Of a DNA stretch of 64,000 bases, positions 38,918-48,439 are shown in pieces. Position numbers and translations under genes: made by a program. Within the stretch, counting starts at the first letter, position 1, and every line of letters starts with the position of its first letter. A model generated the notes under the pieces. The model saw only the letters and a list, made by a program, of their open reading frames with translations. It did no database searches and was not told the DNA's origin. Origin of the DNA: a virus. The stretch lies in IMG/VR virus record IMGVR_UViG_3300027733_000034, positions 67,533 through 131,532 of that record. One strand, written 5' to 3'.

Positions 38918-39395
38918 TTTGTGTTATTTTAAGAAGTTTAATGACAAATTCAACTTCTTCACCGGTAGAATTTGAACAATGTAAATTTTTATACATAATA
39001 TTAGAAGTATTAAAATTTAAATCATCTGATATTTTGTGAAAATATTTTTTTCCCATTAATTTTAAAAAAATTTTATTTATATGTTTGATTAAAATATCTT
39101 TATCTTCTATAAGGTTTAATAAATTACTATCTATTATAAAATCTTTTTGTAAGGTAAAAATTTTTATGTTTAACTGTTTAAAAATAATTGTAATATCATT
39201 AATAATAGAAGAAATTTCTTTTTCAACAAAATATTTAAAATATTTTTCCTTTCCAGTAATTTTTTTATTCTTTAAAAGATCCCATTCTTGTAAATTTTTA
39301 AATATTTTAAATAAAAATTCATTACCAAATTTGTAAAAAGGAAAAATTATAACTCTTTGTGGAAGAAAGACTATTAATGATTCCTTTACCGTCAT
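38910..39395 (-). CDS. Hypothetical Lys/Ile/Phe-rich protein
   Basis: 161-aa ORF in extremely AT-rich DNA, overlapping both neighbours. Confidence 0.5.
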   Translation of the reverse strand: MTVKESLIVFLPQRVIIFPFYKFGNEFLFKIFKNLQEWDLLKNKKITGKEKYFKYFVEKEISSIINDITIIFKQLNIKIFTLQKDFIIDSNLLNLIEDKDILIKHINKIFLKLMGKKYFHKISDDLNFNTSNIMYKNLHCSNSTGEEVEFVIKLLKITQNE

Positions 39396-39925
39396 TACTC
39401 TATTATAGCGTCAATTATAGCTTCCTCAACCATTTCTGGGGGTAAAATTAAAGAAGCTTCTTTTATAAGGTCTTCTACCTGTTCTAGTTTAACTTGTAAA
39501 TTTTTCTTAAAATTATAAGATTCTAAGAAATTTTCTTTTGTTTTTTCTTTTATATTAGAAGATTCTTGTAAAATTAAAGTTTCTAACAAGGGTTCGCAGC
39601 TATGTGATATGATTCCCACTAATCTTTTGTAAAATCTATCTAACGGAGATTTATAACCTTCTTTTGTAGTCGGTTCTTTAATTTTGCTTATTAAATAATT
39701 TAACAACACAGTACTTTCTGCCTGGGTGCTGGTTTTATTTAAAAATTCCGGACCTCTTACATGTATTGATCCGTATGGATTATAAATACATCCACCTCCT
39801 AAAGATGTATTTCCGCAGTACATACATCCAGTAGGGGTCATATGTACGTGAGTATGTGTAGGTGAATACAAGCAACCCAAACCAAAATATTCTGATTCAC
39901 AGTAAATGCAATGAGATTTATACAT
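39395..39925 (-). CDS. Hypothetical protein with two Cys/His repeats
   Basis: CIYCESEYFGLGCLYSP..THVH and CMYCGNTSLGGGCIYNP..SIHV. Confidence 0.65.
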   Translation of the reverse strand: MYKSHCIYCESEYFGLGCLYSPTHTHVHMTPTGCMYCGNTSLGGGCIYNPYGSIHVRGPEFLNKTSTQAESTVLLNYLISKIKEPTTKEGYKSPLDRFYKRLVGIISHSCEPLLETLILQESSNIKEKTKENFLESYNFKKNLQVKLEQVEDLIKEASLILPPEMVEEAIIDAIIE

Positions 39926-40355
39926 AATTATAATTAACTTCTTCTTTTATTAAATTTTTAGGAGCTTTTCCTATACGTACATTGATTATCCCATTATAAT
40001 AATCTTCTCTAAACATAGCCCCTCTTAATATCTGAGTTTCTATCTCATAATAGGCCATTTCCCACTTACAGGTACAGGTTTTTAAAATAAGAAAATTAAA
40101 ATTTTCTTTACCCAAACGTTCTATATCTGCATTTAATTTTTCAGAAGAACTTGTATAGGTTTTCCAGTCAGATTCTTTAATAGTTAATCTTTTGCGAAGT
40201 TTGCCTTTAAGAGGTTTAAGTCTTCGTTTAGACATACATTGTTTTTTACCAACATATATTTTATTTTCTATTTTGTTGGTTATTTCATATATAAACCCAA
40301 AAGTTTCTTCTGTTAAAATAACTCCGGGTACTACACTCCAATGACCAGTATCCAT
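39918..40355 (-). CDS. GIY-YIG nuclease (T4 endonuclease II/DenA-like)
   Basis: FGFIYEITN...K.YVGKK, ESDWKTYTSSS..L..D, Y.E, YYNG.I. Confidence 0.8.
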   Translation of the reverse strand: MDTGHWSVVPGVILTEETFGFIYEITNKIENKIYVGKKQCMSKRRLKPLKGKLRKRLTIKESDWKTYTSSSEKLNADIERLGKENFNFLILKTCTCKWEMAYYEIETQILRGAMFREDYYNGIINVRIGKAPKNLIKEEVNYNYV

Positions 40356-40567
40356 TATAAACCTCCAGTTTTGGGAAAATTTCTTTTAAAAACCTTAGGT
40401 AATTTTTTCTTCTTAGAACGTTTTACACCCCCTCCAGTTATAGCCATAGCCGTTTTAACATCTGGATCTGTCATTAAATTTCCAGTATTACCAAAAGCTC
40501 CAGGAGTACCAGCAACATTCATATCTTCTAATATTTTTGTAACCAATGGTTGAAAATTTAAATTCAT
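40355..40567 (-). CDS. Small hypothetical protein (late)
   Basis: TAAATA/TAAGTA upstream; FQPLVTKILED; basic tail. Confidence 0.55.
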   Translation of the reverse strand: MNLNFQPLVTKILEDMNVAGTPGAFGNTGNLMTDPDVKTAMAITGGGVKRSKKKKLPKVFKRNFPKTGGL

Positions 40568-40589
40568 AATAGATAATACTTATTTATTT

Positions 40590-40991
40590 ATGTGGGATCT
40601 AGACAAATACAATACCGAATTAAAAGAAGATACCCGTATTGATGAAATCAATCTTCTTCAAAAACAATTAATGCTTCCTGGTATTAAACACAAATGGGTA
40701 GCTCGTTTAATATTTGCCAAGAGACATCTAAATTCTTTGAATAAAAAGAAAAAATTAACTTATGTAGCAGTTTTAGCTTCTCTTGAAAGTCAAAATGCAA
40801 TTCCTCCAGGACTTTCTAAAACTACTTTAGAGAAAAAAATAGAATCTTCAGATTCAGTTCAAAATATTATTCAAGATATTGAAGACACAGAGTTGATTAT
40901 AGAATATCTAGAAAAGGTAGAAACCATCCTTAGATCTATGACCTATGATATGCGCAATATTACAGAAATAACTAAACTAGAAACTACCTAA
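40590..40991 (+). CDS. uvsY: Recombination mediator UvsY-like
   Basis: D..IDE.NL....L..P..KHKW, YLEKV..I....YD..N; precedes UvsW. Confidence 0.75.
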   Translation: MWDLDKYNTELKEDTRIDEINLLQKQLMLPGIKHKWVARLIFAKRHLNSLNKKKKLTYVAVLASLESQNAIPPGLSKTTLEKKIESSDSVQNIIQDIEDTELIIEYLEKVETILRSMTYDMRNITEITKLETT

Positions 40992-42430
40992 TGAACACAG
41001 TGGAGTTAATTTTATCTGTCAATGGCAAGGGAGCTCAAATTAAAGGAGATATTTCCTATATTAATTTAATCAGAGAATATTTTTCAGTACCCAATCCATC
41101 TTATAAAAGAGCTCCATATGCTTCTTCAAGAATATATAGTATAACTCCTCAGGGTAAATTTAAAATTGGTTTGGTGGGTTTAATATTGAAGTATTGTTAT
41201 TCCAATCATATTAAGTGTGAAGTTCAAAAGGAATTATTAATCAAATATAATCCTCTTATAGATTCACCGGAAGTAGTTTGTCTCAACAAGACATATAGGG
41301 ATTATCAAGAGAAGTCTATCTTTAGGGCTTTACAACACGGCAGAGGTGTTGTTGTTATTCCAACCGCTGGTGGAAAAACACTAATCATGGCTGGTTTGAT
41401 TAAAAGTTTTATTCAAAAAGAAAAAAATATTAATAAAATCCTAGTAATAGTACCCTCTATCCAATTAGTAGAGCAAACTGCAGAAGATTTTATTTCTTAC
41501 GGACTGACTGGAGTACATAAGTGGTGTGGTGGATCTCCATATAACCCTGAAGCTCTTATTACAGTGGCTGGGTCTCAGATATTAATGTCAGAGAAGTCAG
41601 ATCTTTCTGTATTAGCAGATGTGGAATTATTGTTGATGGATGAGGTACATCAAACCAAAAGGGGTAATTGTATCAATGATATATTAAAATTTGTAAACAC
41701 TAATCATCGTTTTGGATTTACAGGAACTCTTCCTTCTACTAAAATTGATGAATGGAATATTATAGGTGAATTTGGACCCATCGTATACGAAGAGAAGACA
41801 CATTCTTTAAAAGAACAGTCATATGTATCTAATTTTAAAATTATTATTTTAAATATTAAACATACCAACCCTCCAATTTTTGATATAGATATACAAGAAC
41901 CAGCCGAGGCCTATCGTCAAGAAATGGAATTTTTATTTTCTAATTTTAGACGCAATGAAATTATTGTAAATTTAGCAATGAGGTTGCAAGAAAATACCTT
42001 AATAATGGTGGATCGTATTGAACATGGAGAAACTCTATACAGACTTCTAGACCAAATGTACATTTTGAGAGAAATACCTAGGAGACCTGTATATTTTATT
42101 CAAGGTTCTACTGAAATGGAAGAGAGAGAAAAGATTCGCTCTTTGATGGAAGACAGGCGTGATGTGATTGTAGTAGCCATCTCTAAAATTTTCAGCACTG
42201 GAATCAACATTCCCAATCTTCATAATATAATTTTTGCTTCCATAGGAAAAGCTAAAATTAAAATTATGCAATCTATTGGTCGAGTATTACGATTACATCC
42301 GACCAAGACTCTTGCTTCTATATTTGATATAGCAGATAATACTAGATATGGTAAAAAACACCTAGAAGCAAGAAAAAAAATGTACACTTTAGAAAAATAT
42401 GAATACTCCGAAAAAGAAATCTCCGCGTAA
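40991..42430 (+). CDS. uvsW: UvsW-like SF2 DNA helicase
   Basis: RDYQ, PTAGGKT, DEVH, FGFTGT, FSTGINIPNLH, QSIGR.LR. Confidence 0.93.
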   Translation: MNTVELILSVNGKGAQIKGDISYINLIREYFSVPNPSYKRAPYASSRIYSITPQGKFKIGLVGLILKYCYSNHIKCEVQKELLIKYNPLIDSPEVVCLNKTYRDYQEKSIFRALQHGRGVVVIPTAGGKTLIMAGLIKSFIQKEKNINKILVIVPSIQLVEQTAEDFISYGLTGVHKWCGGSPYNPEALITVAGSQILMSEKSDLSVLADVELLLMDEVHQTKRGNCINDILKFVNTNHRFGFTGTLPSTKIDEWNIIGEFGPIVYEEKTHSLKEQSYVSNFKIIILNIKHTNPPIFDIDIQEPAEAYRQEMEFLFSNFRRNEIIVNLAMRLQENTLIMVDRIEHGETLYRLLDQMYILREIPRRPVYFIQGSTEMEEREKIRSLMEDRRDVIVVAISKIFSTGINIPNLHNIIFASIGKAKIKIMQSIGRVLRLHPTKTLASIFDIADNTRYGKKHLEARKKMYTLEKYEYSEKEISA

Positions 42431-43037
42431 AAGAAAAGAAGATGATTTTGAAAATATCATCTATACAGAAGAAGAAGCAGAAATGTTAGGATTTTCTTCA
42501 ACAAATCCAAAAGCAGAAAATGATGATGAAGAAGATAAAGATTTGTTTGAAATTAAAGATGAAGAAGATGAAGAAGAAGAGGAAATTGAAGTCAAACCTA
42601 CATACACCAAGAAAAAAGCAGATAAAGAAAAATTTTATGTAAATCCTCAAGAATTTGATGAAGAAATAGCAGTTTATTATAAAACCGGTAACATGTCAGA
42701 TAATTTGGCTTTAATGGTTAGTAAAATTGCAAATAAATTAAGTTATGCCCCTAACTTTATCAATTATACATTTAGAGAAGAAATGGTAGGTGATGGTATC
42801 ATTAGAATGTTTAAGGCATTAACTTCTCAAAAATATGATAGAGAGAAAGGATCTAATCCGTTTTCATATTTTACCAGAGTTGCATTCAATGCTTTTCGTA
42901 ATCGAATTAAAAAAGAAAAACACTTAAGAGATACACACGAAAAATACCAAGAAAATCTTTTGCTTTTCTCGGAAAATTATAATACTATTGTAAAGAATAA
43001 TCAATTACGTATTCAGAAAGATCGCGATGTCTATTAG
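42399..43037 (+). CDS. Late-transcription sigma factor (gp55-like) with acidic N-terminal extension
   Basis: YVN, LSYAPNFINYTFREEMVGDG, NPFSYFT..FNAF..RIKKEK. Confidence 0.93.
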   Translation: MNTPKKKSPRKRKEDDFENIIYTEEEAEMLGFSSTNPKAENDDEEDKDLFEIKDEEDEEEEEIEVKPTYTKKKADKEKFYVNPQEFDEEIAVYYKTGNMSDNLALMVSKIANKLSYAPNFINYTFREEMVGDGIIRMFKALTSQKYDREKGSNPFSYFTRVAFNAFRNRIKKEKHLRDTHEKYQENLLLFSENYNTIVKNNQLRIQKDRDVY

Positions 43038-44091
43038 AAAAAAAATTAAATCAAGAAATATAGGTTTCTTCTCTGATATCCATATGGGTCTGGGGAGAGA
43101 TAGTGTTATCTGGCAGGAAAATATTTTAAAATTTGCTGAATGGGCTAAAAGTATCTATGAAAAAAGAGATATTACAGAAATTATAATTCCAGGTGACATC
43201 TTTCACAATAGAAGTGAAATTTCAGTTAACACATTAGCAACTGCTGCAGCTTTTTTTCAAATTTTTAAAGATTTTAATTTATATATTTCCACTGGAAATC
43301 ATGATTGCCATTTTAAAAATTCATCGGATATAAATTCCATTTCAATTCTTAAGGGATGGACCAACATTACTTTGGTTGATGAGGAACCTGTAGTATTTGA
43401 CACTCCAGTAAATAAAACTTTATCCTTAATACCTTGGGGAATAAATGTAGAAGATATACCAGAAACAGATATTTGTGTTGGACACTTTGAAATTAATTCA
43501 TTTAAAATGAATGTTCAAAAAATTTGTGATCACGGGGTAAATTCTTCAGATCTCTTAGACAGATCTCCATATATTATATCTGGCCATTTTCATCACAAAG
43601 ATCATCGAAAATATGAAAGAGGTAATGTATTGTATCTTGGCAGTCCTTACCAACAAAATTTTGCCGACTCTGGGTCTGAAAGAGGAATTTATATTTTCGA
43701 TTTAAAAACCAATGAATTTGAATTTATAGTTAATAATATCTCACCACAACATTGGAAAGTTTCTTTACAAAAAATCTTGGACAAAACTTTAACCAGTCAA
43801 CATTTAAAAAATATTATTCCTAATAATATGATTAGTTTGGTAATTGATACCAAACATGCTTCTGAGAAAATTTCTTTATTAGCATCTAAATTACAAAGTC
43901 TCAAACCTAAATTTTTTAGAATTGATTATCAAACTGTGGACAATAATTTATCTTCCACAGAAGGTGAACAAAATTATAATAGTATAGATATTCCGAAAAG
44001 TTTACAAGATTTTGTAAACACTTTAGAAATCTCAAATAAAGAAGACACTATTAGTTATCTTTCTGATCTTTACACCAAATTAACAGCATGA
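43027..44091 (+). CDS. Recombination nuclease gp47 (Mre11/SbcD-like)
   Basis: SDIH.G, GDIFH, GNHD, GHFE, SGHFH, YLGSPYQ. Confidence 0.93.
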   Translation: MSIRKKIKSRNIGFFSDIHMGLGRDSVIWQENILKFAEWAKSIYEKRDITEIIIPGDIFHNRSEISVNTLATAAAFFQIFKDFNLYISTGNHDCHFKNSSDINSISILKGWTNITLVDEEPVVFDTPVNKTLSLIPWGINVEDIPETDICVGHFEINSFKMNVQKICDHGVNSSDLLDRSPYIISGHFHHKDHRKYERGNVLYLGSPYQQNFADSGSERGIYIFDLKTNEFEFIVNNISPQHWKVSLQKILDKTLTSQHLKNIIPNNMISLVIDTKHASEKISLLASKLQSLKPKFFRIDYQTVDNNLSSTEGEQNYNSIDIPKSLQDFVNTLEISNKEDTISYLSDLYTKLTA

Positions 44092-44843
44092 ACGAAAAAA
44101 TTTCAATTGGAATTATTGACATATATTCCCAAGAAACTCTCAATAAATGTCTAGAAGCAATTCCCAATTCTTTAAAAGAAAATATTGTAGTTATTTCCAA
44201 TACAGATAATAAAATTCCTAATAGTATTAAAAGTATTAAATTTGGTAGAGCCGTTTCCCTGGCTTCTATGAGAAATATTTTTCTTACATCAGAAAGGAGT
44301 AAAGGTGGTAAAAATTATTTTTTTATTATCAATTCAAATTTAATTTGTATTAAAGAAGATTTTTTTGAACATGTAATTAAAACTGCTTCAGTCTTTGGTA
44401 CCTGGGTTATGTTTGGTCCTAACAAGAAAGTTATATCGTTGGAGGAAGACAATCATAAAATTTCTTTAGATCTTGGTTATACAATGAATCCAGATTTTAT
44501 TTTTCTACATTCCGGAATCATTAAAAATGTAGGATTTTTTAATGAACAAATACCTAGTAATGAATCTTTAGATGTTTTAGATTATATTATCAGATGTCAT
44601 AAACTTGGAGTATGTACCCCAATGCCACACGCCCCAAGTGTTAATTATGGTTTATATGTTATGGAAGAAGAGGTTTTAAAAATTAAATTTTCAGATGAAC
44701 AAAAAATAACCAATATGAGTTATGGAATGTTTTATCATTTACATAAATTTATTCCAGATCCTAAGGAATTTCCTATTAAGAGCCAAGATGAACTTTTTAG
44801 TATTGTAGAAACTCTTCAACAAAAATATTCAAAACCTTTATAA
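44088..44843 (+). CDS. Degenerate GT2-like protein (DxD replaced by NSN)
   Basis: Aligns by eye with the next ORF: YFFIINSN vs YFFLMEDD, VGFFNE vs VGLMDE. Confidence 0.55.
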   Translation: MNEKISIGIIDIYSQETLNKCLEAIPNSLKENIVVISNTDNKIPNSIKSIKFGRAVSLASMRNIFLTSERSKGGKNYFFIINSNLICIKEDFFEHVIKTASVFGTWVMFGPNKKVISLEEDNHKISLDLGYTMNPDFIFLHSGIIKNVGFFNEQIPSNESLDVLDYIIRCHKLGVCTPMPHAPSVNYGLYVMEEEVLKIKFSDEQKITNMSYGMFYHLHKFIPDPKEFPIKSQDELFSIVETLQQKYSKPL

Positions 44844-45634
44844 TGAAAAAAATTGGATTAGGTATAACAACTTATAAAAGACCAGATTATTTTTTAAAAG
44901 TAATTAATAGTATACCTTTAAAAGATTCTGGTATAGAGGTGGTAGTGGTAAATGATGGTACTCCATATGAGGACATTCATCATGTTTTTAATCATATTCA
45001 ACATCCAGTTAACAAAGGTGTGGGTATATCAAAAAATAGTGCCTTAAAATTCTTATTAGAACAAAAATGTGATTACTTCTTTTTGATGGAAGATGATATA
45101 ATCATTAAAGATCCTGCAGTATTTGAACAGTATATCAAAATGCATGTAGATACCGGTATACATCATTTTAATTATAGTCAGCATGGTTTAATGAACAAGT
45201 ATCCAGGTTCCGATACCCCTTCACCAAAAACAGTTATTCAATATAAAAATAGTAAAGTAGCTCTGTATCCTCACTGTGTAGGAGCTTTTAGTTTTTATAC
45301 TAAAGAGTGTTTGGAAAAAGTAGGATTAATGGACGAAAAATTTTACAACGCCACAGAACATTTAGAGCATACCTACAGAATCATTCAAAATAAAATGCAT
45401 CCTTCATTCTGGTGGTTTGCAGACCTACCAAATGCTAATGATTTTCTGACGGACATACCGTGGACTCAAGAATCTAGTACTATATCATCTCATTATAATC
45501 ATCATAACACTGTGATAAAATCTCTTCAATATTTTTATGAAAAACATAAAGTAGATTTATTACAAATTCCACAAAGTAATCTAGAAGAAATTAAATTAAA
45601 TCTCAAAGAAATTTATAAATTATGGAAAATCTAA
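44843..45634 (+). CDS. GT2 glycosyltransferase
   Basis: ITTYKRP, VVVNDG, N.GV..SKN, FLMEDD, VGLMDEKF. Confidence 0.88.
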   Translation: MKKIGLGITTYKRPDYFLKVINSIPLKDSGIEVVVVNDGTPYEDIHHVFNHIQHPVNKGVGISKNSALKFLLEQKCDYFFLMEDDIIIKDPAVFEQYIKMHVDTGIHHFNYSQHGLMNKYPGSDTPSPKTVIQYKNSKVALYPHCVGAFSFYTKECLEKVGLMDEKFYNATEHLEHTYRIIQNKMHPSFWWFADLPNANDFLTDIPWTQESSTISSHYNHHNTVIKSLQYFYEKHKVDLLQIPQSNLEEIKLNLKEIYKLWKI

Positions 45635-46353
45635 CCCTAGCATCATGTTCTTATAACACTCCAGAAGTAACATTAACAATGTTGCGATCTTTTTTTAAAC
45701 ATCACAATGTTACAAATGTTTTAATATGTGAAAATTCTACTAATAACGAAACAGTCGATTTTTTAGTCAAAGAAAATGTTCCATTTATTAGAAATCAAAA
45801 AGGATTACATTCTCCTTCTGTAGATATTCTTTTAAATATGTGTACTACAGACTATATGTTGCTTGTGGATACTGATATTGTCTTTCTTAAAAACCATCAA
45901 GACATATTTGATCAATTTGTTAATATGGACTTAACTCTTTTTGGTGAAGTGTGTGGAAGTCGCGGAGGTAAGTCCTTATACAACAGAGTACATCCATGGC
46001 ATTGTTTGATTAATGTTAAACACATTAATCAACACAATATTAAATTTCATGACCATATTAGGCTTTCAGACAGAACCTCACCAAAGATTTATGATGTAGG
46101 GGCTAGTTTCTTTGAAGATATCAGAAAGGCTGGTTTAAAGGTGGGTAATGCTAAATTAGAAGACATTTATTTTAAACATTATGAAGGAATGTCTTGGAGA
46201 ACTAAAAAATTTGGAAATTTAGATGGAAATATTGACATTGATCCAACAGCCACTCACAACAATTCAGAAATGTTAAAATACGGTCAATTTATAGAACGTA
46301 TATACCAGGCGGAAATTCCAAGTTATAAAGATATTAAAATAAATGCAAGATAA
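45622..46353 (+). CDS. GT-A glycosyltransferase
   Basis: SYNTPE, ICENS, YMLLVDTDIVF, YDVG, HYEGMSW. Confidence 0.75.
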   Translation: MENLTLASCSYNTPEVTLTMLRSFFKHHNVTNVLICENSTNNETVDFLVKENVPFIRNQKGLHSPSVDILLNMCTTDYMLLVDTDIVFLKNHQDIFDQFVNMDLTLFGEVCGSRGGKSLYNRVHPWHCLINVKHINQHNIKFHDHIRLSDRTSPKIYDVGASFFEDIRKAGLKVGNAKLEDIYFKHYEGMSWRTKKFGNLDGNIDIDPTATHNNSEMLKYGQFIERIYQAEIPSYKDIKINAR

Positions 46354-47089
46354 TATTATTTTTGCTATAGTTGTTCATAGTAAACAAATTATAGAGTTAT
46401 TTGAATCTTCACAGAGATACAAAGATCTTAAAAATTATGTTTATATTTTAGTAGGCATACATAATGAAGATTATACTTCAGATAAAATTATCCAATGTGA
46501 TCGTTTAATGGATAATATAGAAGATAATAAAAATTATTTAGCATATACTGGATGGTATGCAGTTGCCAACAATTTAAATTTAATTGGAAAACAATTTAAA
46601 TACATTTATTTTCTCGAATATGATACCAACATTACAGAACCATCAGATTTAAAAACCATGATCTTTAATATATTTGAAGGAGATAAAAAGGTATATGGAT
46701 TTCATGCGTTTGAATTACATTCTTGTTTCCTAGATAATAGCATATTTAATAGTTTAATGGTTTCTTTTCTAAAAGAAAAGGGTTATCGTTCAGTTAGAGG
46801 CAACAATAACAATTGGATGGCTACTAATAATATGGTTTTTGAAAGAAATTTTTTAGTAGATTTTTTCAATGATGAAATGACAATTGATTTTTTAAAATAC
46901 TTAAAAAATGATAAAATGTCCGGACACAATTTAGAGAGATATTTAAGTGTATATTGTTTTTTAAAAAATGTTCAATTTGATTTTGTAAATCCTAATTGTT
47001 TTAAACACGAAGCAATGGATAGTCATAACACACAGGGAAGAAATAATGTATATGAAGGATTTAAAACTGTTAATAAAATTTCCGACTAG
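46343..47089 (+). CDS. Putative GT-A-like glycosyltransferase
   Basis: YTGWY, FLEYD, GHNLERYLS; island context. Confidence 0.5.
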   Translation: MQDNIIFAIVVHSKQIIELFESSQRYKDLKNYVYILVGIHNEDYTSDKIIQCDRLMDNIEDNKNYLAYTGWYAVANNLNLIGKQFKYIYFLEYDTNITEPSDLKTMIFNIFEGDKKVYGFHAFELHSCFLDNSIFNSLMVSFLKEKGYRSVRGNNNNWMATNNMVFERNFLVDFFNDEMTIDFLKYLKNDKMSGHNLERYLSVYCFLKNVQFDFVNPNCFKHEAMDSHNTQGRNNVYEGFKTVNKISD

Positions 47090-47717
47090 AAGTAGACCAT
47101 CAAAATTTTTTAATATTTTAGACAAATATTATCTTTTATTAAAAAATCTTAATGTTGAATTTGTTATATCTTGTGACACAGATGATATAACAATGAACAA
47201 TGAAGAAGTTATTGATAAATTAAATTCTTATCCCTATTTAAGATATTATTTTGAAAATAACAAATCAAAAATAGAAGCCATAAACAATAATCTAAAAGAT
47301 AAAAATTTTGATATTTTGTTATTGGCTTCAGATGATATGTTGCCAGTACAAAAGGGTTATGATGAAGTTATTCGAGCCAAAATGATGGAAACGTTCCCAG
47401 ATACGGACGGAGTATTATGGTTTGATGATGATTTTCAAGGATCCAATCTAAACACTTTATGTATTCTTGGTAAAAAATACTATGACAGATTTGGTTACAT
47501 TTATCATCCAGATTATAAATCATTATATAGTGACACAGAATTTACTTTAGTAAGTCAGCAATTGAATAAAGTAAAATATTTTAATCAAATTTTAATAAAA
47601 CATATTCAATATTCTATAGTTAAAGAATCTCCAGATGAATTATATAAGAAAAATGATAGTTTAGAACAAGAAGATAGAATGGTTTTTGAAAAACGCAGAT
47701 TAAACAATTTTAAATGA
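47052..47717 (+). CDS. GT2-like glycosyltransferase
   Basis: KFPTRSRP, SCDTDD, KIEAIN, LLASDDM, GYIYHPDY.S.Y.D.EF. Confidence 0.8.
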   Translation: MKDLKLLIKFPTRSRPSKFFNILDKYYLLLKNLNVEFVISCDTDDITMNNEEVIDKLNSYPYLRYYFENNKSKIEAINNNLKDKNFDILLLASDDMLPVQKGYDEVIRAKMMETFPDTDGVLWFDDDFQGSNLNTLCILGKKYYDRFGYIYHPDYKSLYSDTEFTLVSQQLNKVKYFNQILIKHIQYSIVKESPDELYKKNDSLEQEDRMVFEKRRLNNFK

Positions 47718-48439
47718 AAACAATACTAATATCTTTTGCCAATAATGAAAAATGGTATAGATCTCAAAATGTTCTTAATCAAAGTGCTGTAAAATTTGGA
47801 ATTAAACATTATATTTCTTATAATTCATCAAATTTGGATAAAGAATTTTCTGAAAAATACTCCCATTTATTAACACCAACCACTAGAGGATATGGATACT
47901 GGATGTGGAAATCAGCCATTTTGGAACAAACTTTTAACATAGCAAATGACAACGACATTATTTTGTACATTGATAGTGGCAATCAAATTGTTAGCAATTT
48001 GGATTATATTATATCCGTATGTAATCAAAAAGAGGTAGTATTATTTGATAATAGAGATGGTAATCCCCATGGAATACCACATATAAATCAAGATTGGACT
48101 AAGAGAGATTGTTTTACTCTAATGGATTGTGATGAAGAAAAATATTACAAAGCACCACAAATTGATGCTTCTTATCTTTTCTTTAAAAAAACACTTTTTA
48201 CACAGTCTTTAATAAAAGAATTTAAAACATTTTCTGAAAATGAAAATATTATTTCAGATTTACCCAATATTACAAAACCAAATTTGTCCACTTTTAGTGA
48301 TCATAGACACGACCAATCTATTATGTCCTTACTAGCTGTAAAACATAATATAGAATTATTACCGGAACCGTCTGAGTGGGGTAATCATCTCAAGAGACCA
48401 TATCCCCAGTTGTTCTGGCATCATAGAGGAGTGTTTTAA
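47714..48439 (+). CDS. GT-A nucleotide-sugar transferase (HRHDQS type)
   Basis: GYGYWMWK, LYIDSG, HRHDQSIMSLL. Confidence 0.75.
   Translation: MKTILISFANNEKWYRSQNVLNQSAVKFGIKHYISYNSSNLDKEFSEKYSHLLTPTTRGYGYWMWKSAILEQTFNIANDNDIILYIDSGNQIVSNLDYIISVCNQKEVVLFDNRDGNPHGIPHINQDWTKRDCFTLMDCDEEKYYKAPQIDASYLFFKKTLFTQSLIKEFKTFSENENIISDLPNITKPNLSTFSDHRHDQSIMSLLAVKHNIELLPEPSEWGNHLKRPYPQLFWHHRGVF

Noticed and set aside
38910-39395. Extremely AT-rich stretch as a replication origin
   Set aside because: Fully covered by an ORF coupled to both neighbours, with no iterons seen; cannot be supported from sequence alone
39918-40355. GIY-YIG ORF as a mobile homing endonuclease
   Set aside because: Short, lacks C-terminal DNA-binding repeats, and fits the stand-alone EndoII/DenA-like type better
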